Source: a virus
Lineage: Duplodnaviria; Heunggongvirae; Uroviricota; Caudoviricetes
Length of the DNA stretch: 64,000 nt
IMG/VR virus record: IMGVR_UViG_3300037067_009442
Coordinates: 157,721-221,720 of that record
Direction: 5' to 3' (one strand)
Shown: piece after piece, positions 1 through 8,906 of the stretch
How the letters are laid out: every line of letters starts with the position of its first letter
Position numbering within the stretch: the stretch's first letter is position 1
Translations under genes and position numbers: made by a program
The notes under the pieces: generated by a model
Database searches by the model: none
Told to the model about the DNA's origin: nothing
The model's input: only the letters and a program-made list of their open reading frames with translations

Positions 1-225
1 CCTTTCCGAAGGGTTGGGTAGGGAAAGTGATAAGAGCCGTAAACCTAGAGCACGCCCAGTTAGTTGATGGCCGATGGATCTGCTCAACTTGCTACGACTA
101 TGAAGTCTGCCTTAAGGAGTTGGACAGGGAAGGGTGCGAAGAGTTTACTTGTAAGCATCGCCCTGAATTGGCCACCGGCGAATGGACTTTCTGGACCTAC
201 TGGGTGATGTCTGGACCCATCGAAG

Positions 226-486
226 CTAGAGATCTTCAGTGATACCCCTCTCAAATCGAGAGGGGTGCTCTGTACTGTCATAGCAGTAGTCTACGTCATG
301 TCGCGTAGTAGGGCTGTTGATCTTCCCCTCGATGACTGTCTTCTTGATAGGCTCTGGACCTGTGTACCGAATGGGTATGACCTTCCACCCCTTGGCACAG
401 ATCCCGCTCCACTCCATCGTATCGGCATTGAAGGTAGTCAAGTCTTGGGGGTGATGGAGACACTTATCACAGAAGGTAAGACTCAC
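226..486 (-). CDS. Hypothetical Cys-containing small protein; C-terminus ends HPSRFERGITEDL (shared C-terminal motif)
   Basis: ORF track entry. Its N-terminus abuts the stop of the 488..1066 gene. Carries the C-terminal RFER motif found in other proteins here. Confidence 0.3.
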   Translation of the reverse strand: MSLTFCDKCLHHPQDLTTFNADTMEWSGICAKGWKVIPIRYTGPEPIKKTVIEGKINSPTTRHDVDYCYDSTEHPSRFERGITEDL

Positions 487-487
487 T

Positions 488-1066
488 TTAAATGACGTCT
501 TCCCGCTCGAAGCGAGTGAGTCGTTGAACTTCTACTAGGGGTTTCCGAGTTCTCACTTCTCTATCAATATCCCAGTTGACTTTCCTACTCCGATAGCCCC
601 TTTGTTCAGCATCAAGCAAGTAGATCAACCTCACTTTACGAAAGCTCCCTAAGATCCCAGCAGTCCGCTCTTCTTCCGCTAGGTTACGGACTATTACCTG
701 TGCAGTAGAATCTGTAGAGCTGTCAAACTCTCTACGAAGAGTATCCATCTCCTCTAGGATACTCTCTAGTAACTTGAGTCGATCTTCCTCAAAGAGAACC
801 GTGACTACAGCATCTTCTCGAGCAAGGTCGAGAGCCTCATAGTTACACGTCCAAATGTACTCCGACGTTGAGCACATAGAGCAACTAACTCCGAAGCTTA
901 GGAATCCGTGGTACCCACGTGGGTAGACGTGGAAGTGATGACCTGAGTGCGTCAGATGCTCCCCGAGGCTATACAGGAGTATATTGATGTCCGAGAAGTG
1001 GGGCACGTGTTCAAATCTACCTAAAACTGAACCCACTTGAAACCAAATTCGACCTTTGGCTTCCAT
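488..1066 (-). CDS. Hypothetical protein; C-terminus ends LTRFEREDVI
   Basis: 192-aa ORF with no competing ORF. Its C-terminal peptide TRFEREDVI is identical to the C-terminus of the 10519..11001 ORF but is encoded with different codons. Confidence 0.45.
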   Translation of the reverse strand: MEAKGRIWFQVGSVLGRFEHVPHFSDINILLYSLGEHLTHSGHHFHVYPRGYHGFLSFGVSCSMCSTSEYIWTCNYEALDLAREDAVVTVLFEEDRLKLLESILEEMDTLRREFDSSTDSTAQVIVRNLAEEERTAGILGSFRKVRLIYLLDAEQRGYRSRKVNWDIDREVRTRKPLVEVQRLTRFEREDVI

Positions 1067-1124
1067 TTACCAGAGAATTGGTGTAGGCTCTCCAACCTAA
1101 AACCCTGAAAGAGCTGGTGCCTCG

Positions 1125-1697
1125 ATGTTGCTTCTTCTCCATTGGTTACCGATTATTGAGATCGTAGTCCTCATTGCCCTAGTAGTCTTAGTTCAAGCTG
1201 AGTGGTTTAGCTCAGCAACTGTATCATTGATAGTGGTAGTGGCGGTGGCCCAGTATTTCAACCTAGTACCTCTGTGGGGCTGGTTGAAGCACAACTACTT
1301 CATGCTTGGGGTTTACGTCCCTGGGTACCTAGCCTTTGGTGCTCTGGTTTGGTCCTTCACCAAGTGGTACTTGTTCCTGAAGGCATTTCAGTGTGCTCGG
1401 GAGGAGGCTATTCGGGTGTTCCTTGAGGGTCGTAAGGAAGGTCTCCCCCCTGCCACTCCAGAGGAGATTCGAACTGGAATAGTGTACCAGAAGTATCAAA
1501 GTACCAGGCTCTGTGATACCCCTTTGGCAAGTGATTACAAAGGGAAGATCATCGCTTGGATGTGCTGGTGGCCCCTATCGATGATCGGAACTCTACTGAA
1601 CGACCCCGTACGGAAGTTCTTCAATTTGGCTTACCTCCGTCTCAGTGGATACTACCAGCGAATGGCAAACAGGATGGTACCCCAACTTGAAAAGTAA
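1125..1697 (+). CDS. Hypothetical membrane protein (several hydrophobic helices)
   Basis: 190-aa ORF. N-terminal segments are hydrophobic (LLLLHWLPIIEIVVLIALVVLV, LIVVVAVAQYF). Confidence 0.4.
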   Translation: MLLLLHWLPIIEIVVLIALVVLVQAEWFSSATVSLIVVVAVAQYFNLVPLWGWLKHNYFMLGVYVPGYLAFGALVWSFTKWYLFLKAFQCAREEAIRVFLEGRKEGLPPATPEEIRTGIVYQKYQSTRLCDTPLASDYKGKIIAWMCWWPLSMIGTLLNDPVRKFFNLAYLRLSGYYQRMANRMVPQLEK

Positions 1698-2283
1698 GAA
1701 CTTCTCAGAAGCGGGGGATAATCTAGCCCTCATCGATCTGGACGGTACCTTAGCTGACTTCCATAACGGGATGAAGCGAATGATGGATACTCTGCGGAGT
1801 CCGGGTGAGCCTGATTACTCAGATCGCTATGATGGCGTACCCAGTTACATCCAAGCCCGACGGACCCTGATCAAGAAAACCCCTGGGTTCTGGAGAGGCC
1901 TTGACCGCCTAGAGTTAGGTTTTCAGGTGGTAGGCTATTTACAGGAAGCTGGGTTTCGGCTCAATGTCCTAACTAAGTGCTCATCGAAGAATCCAGGTGC
2001 CTGGGCCGAGAAGATTGAGTGGAGCGTCAAGAACCTACCTTCCGCCCAATACACGATCACTGAGGAGAAAAGTATCGTGTACGGGAAGGTGCTAGTGGAT
2101 GACTTCCCTGATTACTACCTTCCTTGGCTCAAGGTCCGCCCTCGAGGCCTAGTGATTGCGGTAGCTCAGCCCTGGAACGAAGGAGAAGATCACCCAAATG
2201 TGATCCGGTATGACGGGAGCAACCAACGTCAAGTACGAGAGGCTATTGACAAAGCCTACCAGAGAGTCGGAACTAAGAAGTAG
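1645..2283 (+). CDS. HAD-superfamily hydrolase (nucleotidase-like)
   Basis: HAD motif I reads LIDLDGTLADF (DxDGT). Start is uncertain because the ORF overlaps the previous one. Stop is TAG at 2281-2283. Confidence 0.5.
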   Translation: MDTTSEWQTGWYPNLKSKNFSEAGDNLALIDLDGTLADFHNGMKRMMDTLRSPGEPDYSDRYDGVPSYIQARRTLIKKTPGFWRGLDRLELGFQVVGYLQEAGFRLNVLTKCSSKNPGAWAEKIEWSVKNLPSAQYTITEEKSIVYGKVLVDDFPDYYLPWLKVRPRGLVIAVAQPWNEGEDHPNVIRYDGSNQRQVREAIDKAYQRVGTKK

Positions 2284-2290
2284 CTAACGT

Positions 2291-2351
2291 CCTACGCACG
2301 AGAGCCCCAATCTTAACCAAAAAGTTGAGATCTGGGGCTCTCGTGCGTAGG
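2291..2351 (+). promoter_or_regulatory. Perfect 19-bp inverted repeat hairpin (cctacgcacgagagcccca / tggggctctcgtgcgtagg) with a 23-nt near-palindromic loop, 7 nt upstream of the ATG at 2359
   Basis: Read directly from the sequence. No T-tract follows, so it is a candidate RNase III or processing site, a terminator without a U-tail, or a translational regulator. Confidence 0.5.
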
Positions 2352-2358
2352 ATAGATC

Positions 2359-2658
2359 ATGGCACGCAAAGAACAGACCTCAAAAACCGTAAACCTTAGG
2401 GTGAAGTCTAGCGCTCTCAATGAGTTGGATGAGGTACTAGGGAACCCGAACGTAGCCACCCAGTACAGGGTTCGCTTCTACGCTAAGCCTGGAGACAAGG
2501 CTGAGGGGATCCCCGTCACTGAGATGTGGGTTGATAACGCCACATCTACCTGCCGGATTCGGAACTACGGGCTAACCTCTATCGAGGCCTTGGATACCAT
2601 TACCCGGGCAGCAGCCTTCATCAAGGCCAGCAACCTCACCATCAACCCTGAATTCTAG
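2359..2658 (+). CDS. Hypothetical protein
   Basis: 99-aa ORF with an ATG start directly after the hairpin. Confidence 0.4.
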   Translation: MARKEQTSKTVNLRVKSSALNELDEVLGNPNVATQYRVRFYAKPGDKAEGIPVTEMWVDNATSTCRIRNYGLTSIEALDTITRAAAFIKASNLTINPEF

Positions 2659-2669
2659 TAGTAGAGGTT

Positions 2670-3008
2670 ATGGAAAAGCCCCCTATTCGGCGAGTCTGGA
2701 TCTACAACCATCTCGAGGGTACTCTCAAGAGGATGCGTAAGGATTCCAAGCGTCTAGTGTGGCACCACCCCAGTCGACCACTCGGGATGGTACTCCTAAA
2801 GGCTAGGAGTACTTCTAAGCCTGAGAGAGCGGATGCTGTGTTCTGGGGAGATACCGCCGAAAGGGCTGTAGAGCGGTCCAACGAATATGCTGAGAGTCGA
2901 ATCAGGATCTTGGAGTCTGACATCCGCGGGTGGAAGCAGACTATAGTCGAGCTCGGACCGGACAATACTGTCCAGAAGAAGGTGAAGTCATGTCATCAAG
3001 GCGAGTAG
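2670..3008 (+). CDS. Hypothetical protein
   Basis: 112-aa ORF with a Shine-Dalgarno-like agaggt 6 nt upstream of the ATG. Confidence 0.4.
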   Translation: MEKPPIRRVWIYNHLEGTLKRMRKDSKRLVWHHPSRPLGMVLLKARSTSKPERADAVFWGDTAERAVERSNEYAESRIRILESDIRGWKQTIVELGPDNTVQKKVKSCHQGE

Positions 3009-3301
3009 CAACACAAGAGCTAGTAGGCCCAGAACATCAGGTTGAATGGGGTACCCTCCTAACCTGTCAGGATGTTGCCAAGGCCGTCATGAACCCCAAG
3101 GGGTGGATCGTCTTCGCTTGGGAGGATACTCCAGGTGCCATTAAGAAGGTGTGCAACCTGAACGGTGGAGATGAGGATTGGGTAGCTATCACAACTGCAG
3201 AACCTAACTGGCTCCCTTCATGGGTAAGCCGCCTGGATTCCTGTGATGAACCGGATACTTACCTCCTCCAAGGTGTGGTCATTTACGTCGGCTCCCACTA
3301 A
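2990..3301 (+). CDS. Hypothetical protein
   Basis: The internal ATG at 2990 is preceded by gaaggtga (Shine-Dalgarno-like). The longer ORF from 2930 overlaps the previous gene. Confidence 0.35.
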   Translation: MSSRRVATQELVGPEHQVEWGTLLTCQDVAKAVMNPKGWIVFAWEDTPGAIKKVCNLNGGDEDWVAITTAEPNWLPSWVSRLDSCDEPDTYLLQGVVIYVGSH

Positions 3302-3488
3302 ACCCCCCAACTAAGTTCGATTTTTGGTTGAGATCTAGGGCCCTCAGACGTAGTACTTAATATGACGAGCTGGTAAGACAGTTCGGAAAGCCTATAAGAC
3401 GGCTGGATTCTAGTATTACCCAACTAGAGGGATAGCAACGCCGAGTTGCCCTTGTCTGAAACTTCAATCGTCTACTAAGGATGCCTCC

Positions 3489-3926
3489 ATGATGTCCGAT
3501 CTGAAAAAACTCTGCAAAACCCGTGGCTTGACCGTAACTACTGTAATCGGAAAGATAGTCGACAACGCGGAAATTGAGAAGGGCTCGGACAGAAAGATCG
3601 AATCCATCGTCGTTCTACAGTACCAAGGTCGGATCATGTCGACCAACCTCATCTTTGGGGATGGAGTAGCCTACCGAGCCGCTAGCCCCTCCAAAAAAGA
3701 GAAGTTGGGGAGAGTCAAGCCTGAGGACGCGATCTGGTCCCTCCTAGTAGACGCCGGGGTCCTCTCCTATACCAACTTTGAAGACTGGGCTAGTAGCTAT
3801 GGGTATGACCTTGACAGTCGAAAGGCCTTGGCTTGCTACGAGACCTGCCTTCGGTCTGCTCACCAACTCAAGGCCCTACTTAGGGACGACTTCAAAGACT
3901 TTCAGGAAGCCAGTCAGGACTCTTAA
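3489..3926 (+). CDS. Hypothetical protein
   Basis: 145-aa ORF with aagga upstream. Ends with TAA at 3924-3926. The next ORF starts 3 nt later in the same frame. Confidence 0.45.
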   Translation: MMSDLKKLCKTRGLTVTTVIGKIVDNAEIEKGSDRKIESIVVLQYQGRIMSTNLIFGDGVAYRAASPSKKEKLGRVKPEDAIWSLLVDAGVLSYTNFEDWASSYGYDLDSRKALACYETCLRSAHQLKALLRDDFKDFQEASQDS

Positions 3927-3929
3927 CCT

Positions 3930-4226
3930 ATGACTCACTTCGTCGTTAAGGGAGATAGGGTAACCGCCCAATGGTTCGAGTGCGATCCACTGGGGTCGTA
4001 TTCCCTAGCGGGGTACCAAACTAAATTCAACGCCAAGCCTAGGTTCATCACCGGAGAAGTTCGGCATATTCGCAGTGATCAACCCACCAACCCTGTGAAC
4101 GTCACCCTCCATGTTCAATCAGAAGGCAACCTTGGGACCCTCTGCCCCAAGTGCCAAGTCTACGAAGTGGAAGTTCGCTTGGAGTGGGTTACTCAAGTCT
4201 ACCCCAAGGAGGCCCCTAGTGGGTAA
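3930..4226 (+). CDS. Hypothetical protein (CPKC motif)
   Basis: 98-aa ORF in frame with the preceding gene across a single TAA codon. Confidence 0.35.
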   Translation: MTHFVVKGDRVTAQWFECDPLGSYSLAGYQTKFNAKPRFITGEVRHIRSDQPTNPVNVTLHVQSEGNLGTLCPKCQVYEVEVRLEWVTQVYPKEAPSG

Positions 4227-4497
4227 GAACACCCTCCTTAGTATTAGTTGCCGAGTAGTAGGTCCCGGCGGGACTACGGTCGACTTCTACCCCACCAACG
4301 GGGGTCTCAAGGCTATCTGGCACAACGAGAACTGCCCTTACACCCCTTGCAATGAAGAGACCTACGAGGCTGAGGATGGCTCCAACGTCACTCACATCCC
4401 ATGGGATAACCTATCAAAACTACTAGGGGTAATGCCACCTTCCGGTGGATCTCCAAGGCTCCAACCTCAACCCAAAAAAGGAGGTAAGCGCAAGTAG
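4111..4497 (+). CDS. Hypothetical basic or Pro-rich protein
   Basis: 128-aa ORF overlapping the 3930..4226 ORF in another frame. The start is uncertain. Confidence 0.25.
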   Translation: MFNQKATLGPSAPSAKSTKWKFAWSGLLKSTPRRPLVGKNTLLSISCRVVGPGGTTVDFYPTNGGLKAIWHNENCPYTPCNEETYEAEDGSNVTHIPWDNLSKLLGVMPPSGGSPRLQPQPKKGGKRK

Positions 4498-4642
4498 CCC
4501 TAGAAAGATCACTACTTAATGCTACCTACCTAACAATTCCTATTGCCATTCCTAAGATCTCCTATCATAGTGTCCTAGGAATCGCTTTTTGATTCAGGTT
4601 TCGAAATGAGGTCTCACTGAGACCCTAGAAAGAGAAAAGACA

Positions 4643-4993
4643 ATGAGTGATAACAGGTCTGATTTCATCCGCAAGTACCCTAATATGTCCCCTGCCGAAC
4701 TCATCGCCGAAGCGGCCAAGCTAGGTATCGAAATCAAGAAGGGGCTTGTCTACAACGTCCGCTCCAAGATCAAGAACTCCGGGGAAGATGTCGGCAAGTC
4801 CAAGAAGAAGGCCCCCAAGGCAGCGAAGGCCTCCAAGGCAGCGAAGGCCTCCAAGGCAGCGAAGGCCTCCAAGGCAGCGAAGGCCCCCAAGGCAGCACCA
4901 GTGAGCCACCAGACCAAGGGATCCGGTCCTTGCTCGGTCACCCTCAACTTCAAGTCCCGAGCTGCCCTTCAAGCTGCACTGGCTCGCCTCTAG
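4643..4993 (+). CDS. Histone H1-like / KA-repeat DNA-binding protein
   Basis: The C-terminal half carries KAPKAAKASKAAKASKAAKASKAAKAPKAA, encoded by near-perfect 18-bp tandem DNA repeats. Confidence 0.5.
   Translation: MSDNRSDFIRKYPNMSPAELIAEAAKLGIEIKKGLVYNVRSKIKNSGEDVGKSKKKAPKAAKASKAAKASKAAKASKAAKAPKAAPVSHQTKGSGPCSVTLNFKSRAALQAALARL
4809..4895 (+). repeat. 18-bp tandem repeat (gcagcgaaggcctccaag), about 4.7 copies, coding for AAKASK units
   Basis: Read directly. Only one copy differs (ccc for tcc). Confidence 0.7.
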
Positions 4994-5128
4994 TCAACCC
5001 CGAGCTCTATATCAGGACTATGGATCCTGAACTCGAGACTCAGGAGAAGTCGCTTGAATCAATGTAGCTCTGAGGGGGTAAGTATCACTTAGGGCTACAT
5101 TGTCTATCTACTGTAATGTGAGGACTTC

Positions 5129-5737
5129 ATGTTTGAACACTTTGGGGTAGACCCTAAGCTGGTTTCGGTAGCCCTAGTTGCTGATCTCATCCCTGTGATT
5201 AATGGTATGTTCCAGGGAACCAACGGTCTAAGCGAGATTACTGCCATACTAGGAATCACTCGAGATCCTAGGAGTGGTAAACCCCTGGAGGGTATGCAAC
5301 TCTACCTCTTGCGTGATCGCTCTGACCTTGGGCTTGATGACAGTAACCAAGGAAAGTCTAAGTTCGCTCAGATCCTCAGGGTAATGGCGGAGAAGTCAGG
5401 GGCTACTTTTATAGCCATCCTGTCGGAGGTCTGGACAGTGAAGTCCTCTGAGGATCCGGAAGAAACCAAGGCTATTAGAGACTGGGTAACACTCTACCGG
5501 GACATCAGTCAGTGCCCCTACCGTCAAGAAGCTGTGATGGTTCAGCTAGAGCACCAAAGGGCGACCCCTAGGCATCAACTATGGACGGCGCCCATTAAGG
5601 AAGACTCAAACGGTGTTCGTACCGTGGGTGAGTTTGTACTTAGCGAGCACGAAGGGTACTCTGGTCGATTCGCCAACTTGTTGCCAAGTGCGAGTGATGA
5701 AAACCCACCTCCAGAGGTTCAGGTTCAAGCGAACTGA
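5129..5737 (+). CDS. Hypothetical protein
   Basis: 202-aa ORF with a gagga Shine-Dalgarno-like sequence upstream. Confidence 0.45.
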   Translation: MFEHFGVDPKLVSVALVADLIPVINGMFQGTNGLSEITAILGITRDPRSGKPLEGMQLYLLRDRSDLGLDDSNQGKSKFAQILRVMAEKSGATFIAILSEVWTVKSSEDPEETKAIRDWVTLYRDISQCPYRQEAVMVQLEHQRATPRHQLWTAPIKEDSNGVRTVGEFVLSEHEGYSGRFANLLPSASDENPPPEVQVQAN

Positions 5738-5809
5738 AAAGAACGAGGGGTCTGTTTCATGGGGTGCAAAAGAACCCGTCGCAGGATCTCCCTGCGCACC
5801 ATACCCCCT

Positions 5810-6061
5810 CTAAAATCCAAGTACTGCCTGATCAATATTGGCAAATAATTCCAGAGATGAGATCAGTTCCTGGTAAGTCAACCAAGCATTCTCTGGTGAG
5901 TTATTGGTAAGGGCCAATCGGAAACCCTCTATGTGTGAAGTGGCAGCAGCGATTAAGTGGTCGAGGTAGCCACCCTCAGCTTCAAGAGCTTCCTCAAGAC
6001 AGAGGCTTGCAATCTCAGCATGAGTAGATAGGGGATCCAGGGAGGTAACTAAGACGAGCAT
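5810..6061 (-). CDS. Hypothetical protein
   Basis: 83-aa ORF. Confidence 0.3.
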   Translation of the reverse strand: MLVLVTSLDPLSTHAEIASLCLEEALEAEGGYLDHLIAAATSHIEGFRLALTNNSPENAWLTYQELISSLELFANIDQAVLGF

Positions 6062-6080
6062 TATTGAGCCTTTAAGGAGT

Positions 6081-6347
6081 CTACTCTAATGCCCACTTTT
6101 TCTCAAGTGCTAACTTCCACTTAGCTAGATCTTGGGATGAAACTCTCTCAGTTTCTGCCACATTATCCAGTGGAGTGTGGTTCCCACATTCGAACCACAT
6201 CATCCCAGATCGGTCACCCACAACCAATGTAGCTGGAACTGTGAGTCCCTTGGCCATACACCCGGTACATAAGTAGGGGACGACCCTTTGTCTTACTAAG
6301 GGTCGTACGAGGTCCCAGTAGGCCTCGAGAGTGTCATTCGGGTACAT
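6081..6347 (-). CDS. Hypothetical protein
   Basis: 88-aa ORF. Confidence 0.3.
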   Translation of the reverse strand: MYPNDTLEAYWDLVRPLVRQRVVPYLCTGCMAKGLTVPATLVVGDRSGMMWFECGNHTPLDNVAETERVSSQDLAKWKLALEKKWALE

Positions 6348-6409
6348 GCACCTTAGCTTACCCTAAGCTAGGGTGCAGAGGTTAAACTATTGATGCCCAG
6401 TTCGTATCA

Positions 6410-7507
6410 ATGGCCCGCCGACTCAACCCGCTTGATCAGTTCATTGCCGCCCGCGTTGCCTTCAGGGTGGTGGCGAGACCTGTAGTACCTACTACGATTG
6501 AGGAGGCTGCTAAGCTGCTAGGAGTCCAACCAGACGCCTCTGAGAGTGAAGTTGACAGAGCCTATAAGGCTCTCGCGTTCAAGAACCATCCGGACCTCGG
6601 AGGGGACGCGGACAAGATGGTTGAGTTCAACGTAGCTAGAGACCTTCTGAAGGGTGATCGGACTCCCTCAAGGCCATCTTGGAGTGGTCCACAAGACGAA
6701 CCCTACGGTGGACCTCCCCCAGTAAAGAGAGAGTGGAAGAAGACTGTAGTCACCTTCGAAGAAGCCCTAGCTTCTTCGGGAGTCCCTTCCAATGTGAAGT
6801 GGATCTTTGCTACCAATACAGGTCACGGTGACTATGACATGGGTGCTTTCAGCATCAGTGGGATCGTCTACTACGGGACTACAGATACTGAGCATGTCTT
6901 CCTATCCATTCGTCGTGAGAGTGGGCAGAATGCTTTCAGCTTCATCTCGATAGACGCCTTCCACTGTGAATCTAAGACGGTACCCCTCAGTCAACCGATT
7001 GCGACTGTAGCTCCGAAGATGATCCGAGTGATGTTTGATCGCATTGACGGACTGAGAAAGGGCTATAACGCCAAGGTCACGATTCTCCCTGACAACCTCA
7101 ACCTCAAGTCGGTCTCATCCCCGATGTACCCCAAGGGAAAGGAGATGTCCTTCAAGGACGCTCTTGTCAACTTAGGCCTCGTTGGTGATGACCACGCATG
7201 GAAGACCAACCAGAAGATCTCTGTGGTATTCTCCTACTCGGAAGTATATAGCACTCGGGCGAAGACCGTTACGTTGGACATCAACGGTAAGAGCTTCGAG
7301 TTGAGTCAGGAGAGCACAAGTCTCCTCTTCCGGTGGCCCCAGATGTTGAAGGCTATCTACGGAGATAGGCCCCGAGAAGATCAGAAGAAGACACTCACTC
7401 GCAACACGAAGGGGAAGGAGATCCTCACTGCTCTAGCTGAGAAGCTTACTAGTGAACCCCAAGAGCTTCGAGATCTACTGACTAGAGCCGCTGAGCAGAT
7501 GAAGTGA
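6410..7507 (+). CDS. J-domain (DnaJ-like) protein
   Basis: The J-domain signature AYKALAFKNHPDLGGDADKMVEFNVARDLL contains the HPD tripeptide. Confidence 0.55.
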   Translation: MARRLNPLDQFIAARVAFRVVARPVVPTTIEEAAKLLGVQPDASESEVDRAYKALAFKNHPDLGGDADKMVEFNVARDLLKGDRTPSRPSWSGPQDEPYGGPPPVKREWKKTVVTFEEALASSGVPSNVKWIFATNTGHGDYDMGAFSISGIVYYGTTDTEHVFLSIRRESGQNAFSFISIDAFHCESKTVPLSQPIATVAPKMIRVMFDRIDGLRKGYNAKVTILPDNLNLKSVSSPMYPKGKEMSFKDALVNLGLVGDDHAWKTNQKISVVFSYSEVYSTRAKTVTLDINGKSFELSQESTSLLFRWPQMLKAIYGDRPREDQKKTLTRNTKGKEILTALAEKLTSEPQELRDLLTRAAEQMK

Positions 7508-7510
7508 TCC

Positions 7511-7897
7511 TCAGTGGAGGACTCTGTCTTTAATCCGATCTGGAACTAGCTCATCTGTAGGGATTATCAGTAACCTCACTCGATGAATGAGGAAGTCTCG
7601 AGCAATTTCCCAGAACTCATCCTCAAAGGGGGCTAGTTGTCCGTTGGGGTAAGGAAGCCCTTTTCTAACCCACCTATTCAAGTGATCCACTGCTAGATCG
7701 ATCAAAAGGTAGTCGTTGTCCGTGATACATGGTGGACAGGATAACCTATTGAAGGAATGAATATGGTGAGTTTGTCTCTCTGAGTTCCAAGTAGCACTGC
7801 CAACCGGAACCCCCGGCCTACCGTCCTTCATGAACAGAATTAGGGCTAACCTGGTCACGGGTCTCCGCTTAGTCTCTGTTCGAATTGATTTCTTCAT
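7511..7897 (-). CDS. Hypothetical protein
   Basis: 128-aa ORF. It is the last gene of a run of minus-strand ORFs (7511-10161). Confidence 0.35.
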   Translation of the reverse strand: MKKSIRTETKRRPVTRLALILFMKDGRPGVPVGSATWNSERQTHHIHSFNRLSCPPCITDNDYLLIDLAVDHLNRWVRKGLPYPNGQLAPFEDEFWEIARDFLIHRVRLLIIPTDELVPDRIKDRVLH

Positions 7898-8210
7898 TCT
7901 TCCTGCTCCGGCGAGTCTTAGGGCGAATGGTAGCCCAATAGGCTTCTAGGCTTTCATCGTTAGGCGTACGAGCCTTCTTGATTGGCTTAGGGCCTATATC
8001 CAGAACACCGGCGATAAGAGCATGCTCAACTCCACAGACTCTTTTCTTCCCACATGCATGGCACGTGTACCCCTGAGCATCGGGCTCAACCCGCTCTTGC
8101 GTCGTACAGCAAGCTAAGCAGATCCCCATGTAACCATCACTCAGCTTTTGGTACTCTTTTAGGGTTAGGCTAATGATCACTAGGAGTACACCCCTGTTCC
8201 AGTGTGCCAA
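7869..8210 (-). CDS. Zinc-ribbon protein (CLACC...CHACG)
   Basis: Two Cys pairs in a 113-aa ORF. Confidence 0.35.
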   Translation of the reverse strand: MAHWNRGVLLVIISLTLKEYQKLSDGYMGICLACCTTQERVEPDAQGYTCHACGKKRVCGVEHALIAGVLDIGPKPIKKARTPNDESLEAYWATIRPKTRRSRKNEEINSNRD

Positions 8211-8713
8211 GGTTCATTCTGTTTCACGAAAGCGTCCAGGGATTGGGTCAGATAGGGGATCCAGATCTTCTTGATGATGATCCCCTCGAGGCTAGAGTAC
8301 TTGTTCTCGGAGGTGCCCGAGTGAAACTTGCACCCGTCCTGGCAGAGATGCCCAAAGGCCCCCTGGTAATCTTTCCCTCCAAATAGCTCCTTAGCACTAC
8401 CAACCCCCCAAGAGTAGATCCCGTCAGCAGTGTTGATCCAGACAGGTCCGAAGGGGAAGGGGCTGACCACGGGCTCATCATCAAAGATGATCCCACATGC
8501 ATGGATCTCATTCTTCATGAGGTGGACGGCGAGCTCGGGAGTTTCTGGGTAGTACAGGAGCGGAGGAGCCCCAACTGCGGTCTTACTCACCCGAGGAGAA
8601 GTTACCCAGTCTCGAGGGGCTTTCGAGGAATCTAAGATCCTCTTGGACTCTATGAAGATCCTAGATTCCTTGCGGAAGGGGAACGGTACTCGCTTAGTAG
8701 TAGTGATGATCAT
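8180..8713 (-). CDS. Hypothetical protein
   Basis: 177-aa ORF. Confidence 0.35.
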   Translation of the reverse strand: MIITTTKRVPFPFRKESRIFIESKRILDSSKAPRDWVTSPRVSKTAVGAPPLLYYPETPELAVHLMKNEIHACGIIFDDEPVVSPFPFGPVWINTADGIYSWGVGSAKELFGGKDYQGAFGHLCQDGCKFHSGTSENKYSSLEGIIIKKIWIPYLTQSLDAFVKQNEPWHTGTGVYS

Positions 8714-8906
8714 GGGGAACTCGGTCCAGAAAAGCGGAGTTGATCAAATCGCCCCTCAATGACAAGAGGCTCACGTGAGGAGTTGATTCCTAGAGAGTAC
8801 TCGACGGCTTCCTCATTGGAATCAAAGACCCTTCTAGTAGCAAGGGTGTATTTCCCTGGGCTACCATCTTCTTGCCGGTCTTCCCTACAAACTACTAGGT
8901 GGCCCA

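Noticed and set aside
4809-4895. Tandem 18-bp repeats that could be mistaken for a CRISPR-like array
   Set aside because: The repeats are contiguous with no spacers, only 18 bp long, and lie in frame inside a coding sequence for Lys/Ala repeats. The antisense ORFs over the same stretch (4721..4972 and 4750..4953, minus strand) are low-complexity artefacts.
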